Shown piece by piece: positions 11,889 through 24,872 of a DNA stretch of 64,000 bases; the first letter of the stretch is position 1, and each line of letters starts with the position of its first letter. The DNA is from Novakomyces olei (taxonomy: Eukaryota). A model generated the notes under the pieces. It was not told the origin of the DNA and searched no databases. It worked only from the letters and a program-made list of their open reading frames with translations. The stretch covers positions 310,001-374,000 of the forward strand of contig JADEYG010000003.1 in assembly GCA_016906335.1 (NCBI GenBank), given 5' to 3'. A program made the translations under genes and the position numbers.

Positions 11889-13643
11889 TTAGAGATCAAC
11901 AATAAACTTCCACCGCTCGTCCTGCAGCCCGATGGCAGTATCCTCCAGTACGATGTTCCACCGGCTCCGAACATAGACTGTTTTATCCAGTATAGTTTGC
12001 TTTAGTGAGGCGATACTGTTAGGCTCAATCGGCTTCTCACACAGTTCGCTCAAGTATTCTACTGCAATCTCCAGATCCCTTTGAATATCCTCAAATATAT
12101 CAGTCATATTGTCTCGAACAAGGTAAAAGGCAAAAGCATATGTCCATTTCAATGTATGTCTGCACTGTACAAGTGTATCAACAGCATTCTTCAAAAACTG
12201 CACTTCCACCCATGAAAGATCCGACGACACTTGCATTTGGGTCATCTTCTTCTCCACCCGATTATAAAGCTCCCGGTCAAGTCGAGCTGATTGCTCGTGA
12301 TTTGCAAACCTGTTGTAGTAATGCAGGTACCGCTCCAACGACATGCGTGATTTTGTCTGAGTGTCCCTGGCAGTGACACCTTTTGTCTCGTCGAAGCGAT
12401 TGCAGTTATAATAGCTGGACCCATGGATATTCCACGGTCCCATACAAACCCAGCAAAACTCATGCCGGCATTTTTTGCAGCTCATATGGTTGCAACCCCC
12501 GTTTTTCTCAATAGTAGCAAAACACTTAGGGCATTCTTTTGTATGCGCAGATATCCAGTTAGCCGTCTCTGAATCATCACGGCATTTCTGCTCCCATTTC
12601 TTCACCAGAGCACACGGGCATGGCTGATGATCGTCCCGCTGACAGCCAAAACAAAACTTTTTTCCACAGTCACATGTTACTGTGGGGACAACAGTGTTCA
12701 ACTGGCCTTGAGTGACTCCACACTCAATACAGTGCGTGCAATCTGGTGCAGGACACCATTTAAGCCGCTCCGAGTACTCTACATAACTCTTGTCAAGTAA
12801 CTCGATATACCTAGAAAATTAGAACGTGGTCTATCGTATAGATGATTTATTTATTTTATTATCTTGTTATTTTTCTGATTTTAATTTTTTTTATTTCTCT
12901 ATTATTTTTTCGTTACTCGTGTTTTCATTACTCGTTTACCTTTTGTATACGTCTGGCGAAACCAAGCTCTTGACGACGGGTGCGGTCAAAGCAAGCTCGC
13001 ACTTATCAGCAGGGCAACGCATAACCCTAGTTTCTCCTTCGTCCCGTATTTTGCCTGTAACAAAGCGGGAATAGCAATCAAAACAGTACCGGTGGTTACA
13101 CGGTAAAGCGAACGTTTTCATCTTGCCCTCGTTACAGCAAATAGAGCAATAGAAATCTTTGATTGGCTTGGCTTCCTCGCACGCTTTCGCGAATATTCCA
13201 ACACGGTTAAGAACGCGTTCCGGATCTTCCATATAGTGCTCCAGCAAGTTCTCCCGGTTCCAGTGGAAATACTGGAAAAGAATGTAAACCGATGCAAGTG
13301 AGATCCCGAGTATTCCAGCGAGCTGCTTGCATTTTTCTCCTTGGTCAGCGCGTAAAGCCGGTTCTGATTTAACGAGGAACGGGACTTCATGCACCTTACT
13401 CTTGGGCTTATCGATTGCTTCTAGACGGTAATTGTCTGCTTGTTAGCATAGTAAAAATAAAAATAAAAACAAAAACAAAAATAACAAAAAAAAGACAAAA
13501 ACAAAACAAAACAAAAACGGTGCATTACCATCCGACTGGTACCCGTCATCAATAACGTCTTCTTCGTCTGCGTCGAGGATGGCCTCCTCCTCGTCGTCAT
13601 ACTCCTCGTCTTCCAAGTAATCATCGAAATCATCGTCCTCCAT
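11889..13643 (-). CDS. Ariadne-type RBR E3 ubiquitin ligase (Hel1/Dbl4-like)
   Basis: Acidic N-terminus, RING1 (CSICC..CNHRYCFDC), IBR, RING2 (TKECPKCFATIEKNGGCNHMSCKKCRHEFCWVC) and Ariadne domain (RYLHYYNRFANHEQS, TLKWTYAFAFY). Two introns (~13527-13438, ~12939-12811). Confidence 0.93.
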
Positions 13644-14176
13644 CGCCAGTTCGAATAACAAAAAATAAAAACTCGAGCGGCAACCCCGATGCACTCGCGG
13701 CCACTGAAACCCTGAATGGCTCTTGCTACAAAAAAAAATAAATCCGCTAATTCTCCAATCTACAAGACTCTCCTTTTCCGAGTATCGAAAGGGTTGAATG
13801 TTATGTATATATTCGATCACACGAAATCCCGGTTTTTTATTTATTTAATGATAATTTAATATACTGCGTGCTCCACACATTCATTAGTATATCATTCATT
13901 TTCAATTTATAGGTGATTGTCGTGTTTCATATGCGTACAATACAGTAATCTGCAGATTAACGCTATAATATGCGAAACGTACGCTTTACTGTTTACACTA
14001 CGGGATTCTTAATATTATTCCTGTTTGTCTTGTATGACTTTAAGTTTTCAAGTAAGGCACACTTTCTTTTATGTTCTTTTGTAAATTATTGACTGTTGAG
14101 GGTATTGTAGATAATAAAAGCTCATTTTTGTTGTTTGCAGTGTTTCTGTAGGGTTTTTGATTGATTGATTATTTAA

Positions 14177-14178
14177 TT

Positions 14179-14239
<61 letters not shown>

Positions 14240-14275
14240 TTTGTTTACTCATTTATTTATTTATTTATTTATTAA
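14177..14275. repeat. (TTTA)n microsatellite
   Basis: Read directly, immediately 3' of the eIF2B-epsilon stop codon. Confidence 0.9.
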
Positions 14276-14281
14276 TTCATT

Positions 14282-15149
14282 CTAATCCTCACTATCCTCG
14301 TCCTCCTCTGCTTGTGCTAGCCAGTCTACAAACTGCCGGCCCTTTTCGTTTCGGAGCCGTGTAAACTGGGCGGAACCAGTTTGTGATTTTGGTGAATCAA
14401 ACCAGGCGTGGATGGAATCTTCATCCACCACGTCCTCATTGTACATGGCCTGCAGGGCCAATCCAAAGTAGCGGGACAGGTCTCCGTGGTCGGCGCACAC
14501 TCGTTGCAGGCTCGCGATAGTGGACACCTGCTCCGTGGGTGCGAGGATGACGCGCTGCAGCATTTCCCCCCACCGAGAGAAAACCCTGTGCACAATAGCA
14601 CTGGGCGAAGCTGTCCCGTGCTGTGCCGTCTGCTGCTGAATATTCTGCAATAAAGCAAAGAGCAGTGCAGTGCGTACTTGCGCATAGCTCACGTTCTCTG
14701 CCATTCGCAGAGTATTCAGCTCGAGCAAAGCATTGTCCACTGAATGGTTCTCGGAAAAGGCACGTTGCAGGCTTTGCAGGGCTTCACTAAGGAACGGCAG
14801 TCCCTCAACTGCCTCCTCGTCCAGCTCGGCACGTCTTTTCCCCCTTTTATTCCCGAAATTTCCGGTGGCTAAATCGTCCTCGTCTTCGTCTTCGCCGCTG
14901 CGTGTAGACGACATCGTCTGTGTAGAATCTGTGCGCGGCCTTAGTACACGGCCACTGTCCGAGTCAGACTCGTCTGCCTCCGACGAAGAGGGAGACTCGT
15001 CTGCCTCTGACAGCGAAGAGTCCGATACCTGAAGGCTTCGCAGCTCTTCGACCAGGCTGAACTTGTGCAAGTGCAAGGCAGCGGCACGTGGCAGACCGGA
15101 TCTACCGCTCTCAGCCAGAGTTGTACTGCTGATATTATTATTGTTATTA

Positions 15150-15210
<61 letters not shown>

Positions 15211-17255
15211 GGGCAAAACTCTGCTCCGTATCCTCAACAGCCTCATCGCCCTCCGACTCGGAGACGTCCTGCATGAGCCGGCCAACGCCATCGGCCCCGA
15301 CCAGGCCAGGATCATGGTCGAAAACCCTGACAGAGTCCTGGTCGGCTGCAATATTGGAAAAGGCGGTCAGCTTACACCCAACGCCGACAGAGTGGCCATC
15401 GGCAATTCGGCAGCCGGAGCCGATAACGGCGCCCACGATACTGCAGCCCCGTCCAATGACGACATTGTCGGCAACAATGCTCTGCGTAATGGTACAGCTA
15501 TCGCCAATCACCACTCCATCCCACACATAAGCCCCCCGCAGGGCCGCATCGGCACCGATCCGGCAGTCGCGGCCAATCACGGACTTTGTTATCCGAGTTC
15601 TCGGTCCGATACTGGATCTCGGGCCGATAGCCGTGTTCCTTCCGACGGCGGTGAGCCGGTCCAGTGCGACTGTCGGTGTGGAGTATACATTGCCCCGAGT
15701 GCGGCGGAAGGAGTCCTGCGGGCCGACTTGGCCAAAATTCGTGTCTGGAACCATTGGGAAAGCCCATCGGGCCAACACGTCCCGGCAAGCGGCATCGTAG
15801 ACTTGCAGGCTGCGGACACGGACGGCATAGCCGTGTGATTGCGGAGAGCAGTATATAGTTTTGCCCAGAATATCGCTTGTAAGGATACCGTGAACGAAAT
15901 CGTGGCGGATATCCTGGTAGTCGAAATTCTCTGTAAAAAGTGCCGGCACGTCGGCACTGCACACGTCAATTTGGCAGTCAATCAAATCGTTGCGGAACTC
16001 TAACTGCCGATGGCTGTCAAAGCAGGCGGTGTCCATAGTCAGACGCTTATGTGAGGCAGAATGGAGATCTGCAGATTCGTAGTAGACACACTGCTGTGTC
16101 GCTGGATCCACTACAAAGACGGCTGCCTCTGCTCTTGAGCGCGTAGGGTGGAACACGCTGGCTTCCCTCACCATCATTGTCATTATTGCATCCTTGTCCC
16201 GCACACGTCGGTCCCGGTGCTCTTTCAAGAGAGGAGCCAGCGAAATATTGCTCACTACATCGCCCGCTACAAGCACAAAGTCAGAGGTAATCAGCTGCTT
16301 GCTGTCCAGCTCTCGCATAGCATCGCCCACCGAGTATACACTGTGCGACACTATTGTATGCACAGTGAAGGCCGATCCGGGTTCACTCCATTTCGATTTT
16401 CTTAAAAGTAGGTTAGTGCGCTCTGAATTGAAGGAAGAGTCAAAGTGGTACAGCCAACGTGGTACAGCCAACAAAATAAAGAATTGATTAATAATTAATT
16501 AATTAAAGTTAATTAATTAAAGAATATATTAATAAAAATAAATTAAAAATAAATTAAAACTGGGAAACGTGCTGTTGCAAGAATATTTTGGATAAATTTT
16601 AACTGTGTACATGAACAGGACTGTAAACAAAACAAATTCATAATTCATATTGATAAAAAGAGTAATATCCAAGGATATTTAACGATGGAAAGAGAGCGGA
16701 CAAAAACACATTTTTCAATAACACGCGTCTGCTCCTTTGAAGTCAAAGCGCCGTAAAAGGATTAATTCATAATTACAATACGCGCAGTTAAAGTATAAAG
16801 TAGAGCAGTATAAAGTAGGGCAGTATAAAAGAGCGGTAAAGCGTTGCGCGACCAAAGCAGAGCAGCGCCAAAAAATAAAAGAAAAGCTGCACAATACGAT
16901 CAAGGCAATCAAAATTAGGAAACATACTTTATATACTCCCGAATGAGCTCTGCATGAGCGCTACAAAACACATATACTTCCTGTACGCCTCCGAGTGCGA
17001 GAAATTCAAAAGTGTACTCGATCAATGGCCGATTCACCAAAGGCAAAAGGCACTATTGCATCAGATCAAGTCTAAAGAAATAATAAAACCTACTCGTGGC
17101 CGATCAAACGTCAATGGCCGAAATCGTGTGTTGTACGAGTCGCTGAGTACCACCGCTTGCTCGATTAGAATAAGAATTGGCATTCGCTATTTACCCTGAA
17201 GCCGGAACTCCGATTCGTCGGCCCGGTCTTTGTGTGTTCGCCCGCTGGGCGCCAT
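14282..17255 (-). CDS. GCD6: Translation initiation factor eIF2B epsilon subunit
   Basis: Four exons. LQAVVLSDSYNTRFRPLTFDRPR/CLLPLVNRPLIEYTFEFLA nucleotidyltransferase-like domain, LFTENFDYQ, hexapeptide left-handed beta-helix repeats and a W2 C-terminus (FVDWLAQAEEDEDSED). Confidence 0.95.
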
Positions 17256-17794
17256 TGCGCCAGCAGCCTTGAGCTCGTTGAGTATAAAAAGGCAGTGTCA
17301 GTTTTTGGATAAAAAGTATACTATATCCAACTTTATTTGGCCTGTGTAGTTGGAATATCTGCCGCGAAAATAATTATTATATTGCATCAATCTATATATA
17401 TATATATATATATATATTACGCACTTAATGTCCATCATTAGCGATAAATTGCACGAGTTAATAATACATATAATATTCAGAGGATTTACCAGTAATTACC
17501 AGTATTTATTTACCAGAGTTTTTACCAGTATTTTTTTATCAGAGTATCTACATTTAAAGTTAATAAATGGCATTTAATCGTCTGCCAACCCAAACTTGTC
17601 CGTTCGACGGAAGCTCTAAATGTAAAAGCAAAGTATTTTACAGCAGTCCAAACAGGTCCGTTTGCTTTGTTGGCGCTCTGTTTTGTTTTTGTACAATACA
17701 TCCATCTATCCCGCTGCGAGGTATCGACCAAAACCCTGCCTATACACAACCAGTTTTACCCGGCTTCTATACAATCATATTCATACATTTTTGT

Positions 17795-20725
17795 TCAAAA
17801 ACTCGGCTCCCTTTTACCTTGCGAGGGTCGGTGCGATTGTGATCCTAACTGACCCTTGCGTCTCTCCTCTTCCTTATCATGCTGACTCTGACTCAGATTC
17901 TGCTTTGGCTTTTGCTGTTGCTGTTCTTGTTGCTTGTGCACATTTGCCACTGAAGGCATCAAGTTTGAAAGTACTTCTAAATAATCATTGTGCGCTTGTT
18001 CATCAAACGTTGCCCCAGCCATATCTTCCTGGTCAAAGAAAGACTCGTCGGCATTTTCCTCGCCATTATTGCCTCGCCACGAAGCTTGCGGAGAGTCCAC
18101 GTATCCCGGGTAAGAAGATTCATGTCCAAAGGATTCAGTGGGAGCAGAAGGATTGCTGCCAGAAGGGCCTCCACTACCAATGTACGGATCGTCCATAGCA
18201 TAGATGCGAGGAGCATCGTCCACGGTCAATTGCCTAGGGCTCTGATTCATGCCTTTAATGACTTTTAAATGCATTAAATGCTTCTCCAGCATACCCAGCA
18301 ATCCGTCTTTTGTAAAAGGCTTGGGTAATACGTCATTCATGCCGTTCGATAAATAAGTCATAATATCCCCGGACTTGACGTTGCTAGTCATACTAATAAT
18401 CGGTGTCATTCGGTCAAACTGCCGTATAAGACTGGTTGCAGTTACCCCGTCCAGGTTGGGCATAACGATGTCCATAAGAACCAGATCGTATTTAGTGACA
18501 TTCATCTTGTCCACGGCCGAAACTCCGTCCGCCTTGAAATGTTAGTGTACTTTTGCAAAAGAAGTAAAGACGCAGCAATTATACATCCATCTAGTTAAAT
18601 TATGAAATGGATATCGCAAAGGAAAAAGTTCAAATGTCAAGAAAAAACATTGATAAGCAAACATATATAGATAGATAGATAAATAAATAAATATACAAAT
18701 ATCTACATATACAAACAATCTCCCTTTAAACGTTCACTAGCTTTTAAAGTTTAGTCAAACTCACCGCAAAATCAATGTCACAGCCAAACACTTTGAGGAA
18801 CTTTGTGCTCAGTTTCCGGCACACTTCATCGTCTTCTACTAACAAGACCTTTGGCTGAACAGACCAGCTGTTGGTTGTAGAGTTTCGTCTCGATAGCGGT
18901 CGACCTAACGGCCCCCGTGGATCAAAGAGGCTGCTCCTCCGTGAAAAGCCAAGGCCGTTCCCGTTGCTGTCCCCCGCATTATTGTTATTACTCCCATCGC
19001 CTCCGTGGTCTCCCGCACTTTGTTCACGCTCTGCCCTGCCTTCGTGATCCAAATGATTGCTGCTATTAGCAGACGGATACTGCTCCGACCGCTGCCTTTC
19101 TTCGGGCCGTGAATCCCTGCCGTACACATGTTCTCCGTGGTACATTTTTTGCTTTTTATAAGCAGCACTAGTCCCGTCTGCATTCGTACTGCTGTTGCTA
19201 TGACGATGGTTATCATGCTCGTGTGCGTGAACGTTATGGCCGGCCACGTGTGAGGTTTGGTGGTGCGACAGACCAGACAAGTCCTCGCCCTGGTGTCCAT
19301 AGTGGCCGTGGTGATGGTCGTAGGCAGAGGCATGATGAGGCTGATGATGAGGCTGATGATGAGGCTGATGATGCTGCTGTTGCTGCTGATGGTGATGGTC
19401 TAGTACATTAGCATTCTGGCCGGAGGTCTGGTGCTGAGTATGGTCCTGGGCCTGGCTCTGGTTCGGGTTTTGGTGGTGCCCGTGATCGGGCTGAGACTGA
19501 TTAGAACTATAGTCCTGAGCATAATGAGACGGGTAATGCTGGTGGTGGACGTGAGGGTCGTAGTGCTGGTCATGTGGAGGGTAAGTGTGGTATTCCGGCT
19601 GCTCACTGTACCTTTCTGGTGCGTGTGGCTGATCCGAATTGAAGCCATGGACTCCGAGATGCTGGGGCTGCTGGAGAGAATAAGGCTTCTTGTCAAGGTT
19701 AATATGGTCCAAGCTCGCCTTGGAAACGTCGGTGTATGATTTAATGAGTCTCCGTGCTTCGTCAGAGGGCAATGAGTCCTCAGCGTACGACACCTCCCTC
19801 GGTTTTTGCTCAGACTCCAAACGTACGACGTACGATATCAAGCTTTGTACGATCGAGTCTTGTGCAATAATGCTGCGCTGAAACGATAGCAAGTCGCCCA
19901 CCACTGCCTGGTAATTCTGAGCAAGATTGTGAAGGTGCAAATTCAGGGTATTTTGCGCTTTTTGGAGAGCTATAATTTGGGCATTCAATTCATCGATCTG
20001 TGTACCACTTCCGACGCCAGACGTACCGCTATCCCCGCGCGAAAACGCCTTCTTTTGCATAGGAACTTTGCGCTGGAAATTAGTCACAGGCAAAAACTAG
20101 AGACAAACGGTAAAACGGAAAGGCCTCTTAGTAGAAACGTTGACGTATAAACGTCGTTGTAAAAATCGTTGTAAAAATCGTAGAAAAATAGTAGAAAAAT
20201 GGTATAAACGGGTATGGTCCCAGTCACCAACACTCACCTTTATATTCTCCAGCTGGCTCAGATCGTGAGCGCGGAAATCATCGTGCTTAAACTCCCATGT
20301 CGGATCGCCATGCCCGTCGTCGTTCTGCCGTACTTTATGGAAATCATACTTGTTCAGCTGCCGCACAAACGAGGCAAAATTGCTGTGCTTAAAGTGCCGG
20401 GGCAGAATATGCTTTGTAAACTCGTTTGTCTGGCCAATTAGTACAGACTGTACTTGCGCCGTGTGCCTTACATCAAGAACGATAAAGGAATCGCCTGCGG
20501 CAGACCAGCGTACCGTGTTGCGGTACTCGGGCTCTTCCAGCATCCTACAAGCAAACGTTAAATAGGCGCCAATGCAGCAGGCTTACATGTAAAGCTTTTT
20601 GACCTGCGAATTAGCATAACAAGACAAGACAAGAGGGGACAAGAGGAGACAAGAGGATATATGATTAAACAAGTCAGGGCACATACAAAGTCGGCGCCAG
20701 CTCCGGAAGACGACTCTGGCGGCAT
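17795..20725 (-). CDS. SKN7: Two-component response regulator transcription factor with HSF DNA-binding and receiver domains (Skn7/Prr1)
   Basis: Spliced DFVKKLY, FKHSNFASFVRQLNKYDFHK (HSF domain), a coiled coil, and a receiver domain (VLLVEDD, DLVLMDIVMPNLDG, PIISMTS, LPKPFTK). About 6 exons, including a 17-nt micro-exon 20603-20587. Confidence 0.92.
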
Positions 20726-21036
20726 TTTGGGCCGGTAAATGCCAGTGCGTAACCCGCAGAAGGGTCGGCTCGGCCGGGAGGAATCAGCTAAACTCGGAAA
20801 CGATTCCGGCAGTAAGCTCGGAGCGAGGCAAAAGGATCAACCGCTCGGCAAAAGACCCCGCAAGGTGTACACTAAAGTGTATACTACAGCACACAGTCCT
20901 ATATCTATCGGCATTATTATGCGCTACCGTACGCTTACTTGGCAGAGACTGACTAGCGTTGCAAGCAGTAATGTTATTGGCCGGCGGGCTTATCACTATC
21001 CAGTGAGTAAAAGGTGCCATATACAAGTGTATATCA

Positions 21037-21167
21037 CAAGTCATACTCAAGTCATACTCAAGTCATACTCAAGTCATACTCAAGTCATACTCAAGTCATA
21101 CTCAAGTCATACTCAAGTCATACTCAAGTCATACTCAAGTCATACTCAAGTCATACTCAAGTCATAC
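21037..21167. repeat. Perfect 11-bp tandem repeat (CAAGTCATACT), ~12 copies
   Basis: Read directly, in the divergent SKN7/TPS1 intergenic region, ending ~90 bp before the TPS1 ATG. Confidence 0.97.
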
Positions 21168-21257
21168 GCATCAAAGTCACAAGAGGAAGAGTGATATTAT
21201 GATGCAATTTTAAAGCGACAGCCTGCCCGCCTTCACGAGACCATAGACTTGTCGGCA

Positions 21258-22819
21258 ATGGGCGACCAGCAAGCAGGTCTTTCCGGCCGCTTGATAGTCG
21301 TGTCGAACAGGTTACCGATCACAATCAAACGAAACGGCCGCGGCCAGTATGCCTTCAACATGTCGAGTGGAGGCCTCGTTTCCGCTCTGAGCGGTTTGGC
21401 AAAGAGCACAAAGTTCACATGGATGGGCTGGTGCGGCCTCGAGATTCCCATGGACGAGCAGCCCGAGATCGTGAACCGGCTGCGGGACGAATATGCAGCG
21501 GCACCCGTCTTTTTATCTGACGAACTGGCGGACCGGCACTACAACGGATTCTCAAACGAGATCCTCTGGCCCCTCTTCCACTACCATCCAGGAGAAATAA
21601 ACTTTGACGAGGAGAACTGGCTCGCGTACAAAGAGGCAAACCTGCGGTTCGCCCAGACTGTGGCCACGTCGATCAAGGACGGAGACTTGGTTTGGGTACA
21701 GGACTACCATCTCATGCTCTTGCCTGCTATGCTCCGTGAGCTGATCAAGGATAAAGTCCACGGAGTACGTATCGGCTTCTTTCTCCACACACCGTTTCCC
21801 AGCTCCGAGATCTACCGAATTCTGCCTGTGCGCAACGAAGTGCTTCTCGGCGTTCTGCACTGCGATCTTATCGGGTTCCATACCTACGACTATTGCCGGC
21901 ACTTTCTCTCCTCTTGCTCCCGCATCCTCGGCCTCAATACTCTTCCCACGGGCGTCGAATTCGATGGGCGTATGGTTTCCGTGGGCACATTTCCCATTGG
22001 CATTGACCCGGACAAGTTTACAGAGGTACGTTTCTGTTTATTTATTCTTTTCTTGTCTTTACATGTTTGTCTTGTAGTTTCCTTCTTTTCCTTGTTGCGC
22101 TGGCCTTTCTTACCCTGTAGGGACTGAAGCAGGAAAAAGTACAAAACCGGATCCGTACGCTGGAAAGCAAATTCAAAGGCATTAAACTCATCGTCGGTGT
22201 CGACCGTTTGGATTACATTAAAGGCGTCCCCCAAAAACTGCATGCTCTGGAAGTGTTCCTGTCACAGTACCCGGAGTGGGTGGGTAAAGTCGTGCTGGTA
22301 CAGGTGGCAGTTCCCTCCCGGCAGGACGTGGAAGAGTACCAAAACTTGCGGGCTGTTGTGAATGAGCTGGTAGGCCGTATCAATGGCCAGTTTGGGACGG
22401 TTGAATTTACTCCCATCCACTTTTTGCACAAGAGTGTAAGCTTTGACGAGCTCATTGCCCTGTACGCCGTCTCCGATGTTTGTCTTATTACTTCTACTCG
22501 CGACGGAATGAATCTGGTTAGCTATGAGTACATTGCAACACAACAGAAACGGCACGGAGTCCTTGTCCTCTCCGAGTTTGCTGGAGCTGCTCAGTCATTG
22601 AATGGGTCGCTCATTGTTAATCCATGGAACACTGAAGATGTAGCGCAAGCCTTGCATGATGCTATCACTATGCCAGAAGACGTGCGGGAAACCAATCACA
22701 AAAAGCTGTACCGCTACGTTTGCAAGTACACAAGCCAATACTGGGGCAAATCTTTTGTAAATGAACTGCGCAAAATTGCTGAGAATAATGGCCAGGTGAA
22801 GAACAATACACAGTTATAG
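21258..22819 (+). CDS. TPS1: Trehalose-6-phosphate synthase (GT20)
   Basis: Exons 21258-22025 and 22121-22819. RLIVVSNRLP, SSGGLVSAL, HYNGFSNEILWPLFHY, WVQDYHL, VDRLDYIKG, RDGMNLVSYEY and LSEFAGAA motifs. Confidence 0.97.
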
Positions 22820-23553
22820 TGGCATTCATAATACTAGCTCTCATAATCTCAGGCCAGGCTGTTGGCCAAACACGTTTGCGTTTGCGTTTGTCGTTCATTA
22901 TCGCGCTTGTTGGTATCTTTGCACGGGTAAAGTATGGGGAACATGGGAATAATTACATGAAGCAATGGGTTATGTTGAGTCGAGATAGTAAGCACTAGTG
23001 TCGAAATGCTTTCTGGTACCGCGGGTGCTTTATGGTGAAGTTTGATCCAGCAAAAGGATAAAGCGGATTTACCTGTTGCAAGGCTCACGCAATTGTATTT
23101 TGATATAACTAGGTTACTACAAAGCTGCTGTCTAAACGTTAAACTCTCTTGTCATTGAACGGTTCAAGGAATACGAAAATATCATCCGAATGTTTTATCG
23201 CGAAATTATATTTAATGTAGGTCTAAATAGTATTACGTATAACGCGCTTCAATGGCCAATCCTTGGCCGTGCTTGTTCCCGTTTATACCGTGCATCCAAT
23301 GTGCAAACGTACTGTAGATTTTACAATCGAACCTATACACATCGGCGCGTTTTGGGCCTGTGACGGGAGCTTGCCAATCCGTAAATTGCGTGTCTTGTCA
23401 TTCTATACTATACTACAGCTGATATCCCCATTTATTAATCCAACTAGTCCACAGAGCTCGAAACGACTAATCGTCAATGGATAGTATTTAGTTCAACTTG
23501 TCATGGCTAATTGATCATCTAGTCGCGAGATTTCCTATACGCATCATAATTAT

Positions 23554-24135
23554 TCAGGGCAGCTCCTTGACAAACTTATCAGCTGCACTCACATCAATTG
23601 CAGTATTAGTAGGCTCTACAGCGGCAGCGGAAACGACGCCATTATCAATAGCTGCAGCAAATCGACGGCTCCGCGCGCCTCCAAACACTTTAGCTGCACT
23701 ATCGAAAAGTGTATCTGCCTTTGAACTCCATTCGCCGCTTGGATCAGCAAGGATGTGAAAATTTTCTGGGCTGATCTGGCTGCCCTTCAAATTTTGCAGC
23801 AATTGCTGCCTCCACGCCTGAGTAACAAAGTGATCGTTCACTGCCACAACGTAAAGAGACTTGTAGCCGCGTTTCTCAAATTCAGACCAGGCCTTTAAGT
23901 AGCCAGGGACATGAGTAGCCGAGCATCCTGGAGAAAAGGCACCGGGAACACCGAGCAGAATGCACTTGCCGGGCACTTGAGAGAGCAAAACACTCCGTTC
24001 CTCGTCCGGACCAGTTTCTGCTAGTGAGACTTTTGGCAAATGATCTCCTTTAGCAATTTGCAGAATGCGGCCAGAGTGGAAGCGCGCCGAGGCCGCTGGT
24101 ACACGAGCCACACGGGAAAAAGTTTGGAGTCTCAT
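23554..24135 (-). CDS. Prx5/Ahp1/Pmp20-type peroxiredoxin with a probable mitochondrial presequence
   Basis: PGAFSPGCSATHVPGY peroxidatic motif, VNDHFV, ADPSGE and RSRRFAA. Arg/Ser-rich, acid-free N-terminus from ATG 24135. Confidence 0.88.
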   Translation of the reverse strand: MRLQTFSRVARVPAASARFHSGRILQIAKGDHLPKVSLAETGPDEERSVLLSQVPGKCILLGVPGAFSPGCSATHVPGYLKAWSEFEKRGYKSLYVVAVNDHFVTQAWRQQLLQNLKGSQISPENFHILADPSGEWSSKADTLFDSAAKVFGGARSRRFAAAIDNGVVSAAAVEPTNTAIDVSAADKFVKELP

Positions 24136-24872
24136 TTTCTGAATTGCCGCTTGGCTGAATTGCAATCTAACGTTTGGTCAAGCTCGGATGGCTATGACGT
24201 CTCCAAGTTTACGTGTAGGGCTGAGCCTTTAATATGGGATATTCGCAATACTGTATACACAATAATCTACGGGTAATGGAGAAAATGATACATATATATT
24301 ATTGCCAAATAAATCAAATAAATAATAAATAGAAACATTTAAATAAAAGATTATATTTAAATAATAAACTTGGAAATAAATATGAGAACAGATTGTTTCT
24401 CTATTTATTACACATACAGTACACAGCGGATATACAAAGTGCTGAAATGTGGCAGCTGTATGCTGAATAGCCGCCATAGTCGCGGCACTAATAGTCAAGT
24501 CGAGTGCAATTATTACAGTCTACGTATCGGCTTCATAGTCACATCGTTTAGTATTAGATAAGCAAACCTCTTTTACTACCATCATACAGCGCTGAAAAAA
24601 AAATATTTTACCAAACTCTTCGATATATCTTGCCTATGTACACAAGGCCCTCGTAGCTTTGAAAGAAACATATATATAAATAAAACTAGTTGAAATTTGA
24701 AAGCAAAAGGTAAGGTTCGTTCGCCACGGTTCGATTCAAAACAGACTATTCATGACCGGCTTACGAGCCATTTTCTCAAGGCCCATCACTCCAACTCAGC
24801 TCAAAGCTCGTCTCGAGCTGTTTTCACCAATTAGCTCATCACTCTCTTCTCAAAATAAATATGTATATAGCC

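Noticed and set aside
14161-14364. Hydrophobic small ORFs made of IYLF, LLL or III runs (also 1312-1613, 15063-15530, 50322-50561)
   Set aside because: They are products of (TTTA)n and (ATT)n microsatellites.
21037-21167. CRISPR array or telomeric seed
   Set aside because: The units are contiguous with no spacers, the context is eukaryotic, and the unit lacks a G-run.
24713-24745. GGTTCGATTC B-box suggesting a tRNA
   Set aside because: The T-stem cannot pair, and no acceptor stem or cloverleaf is present.
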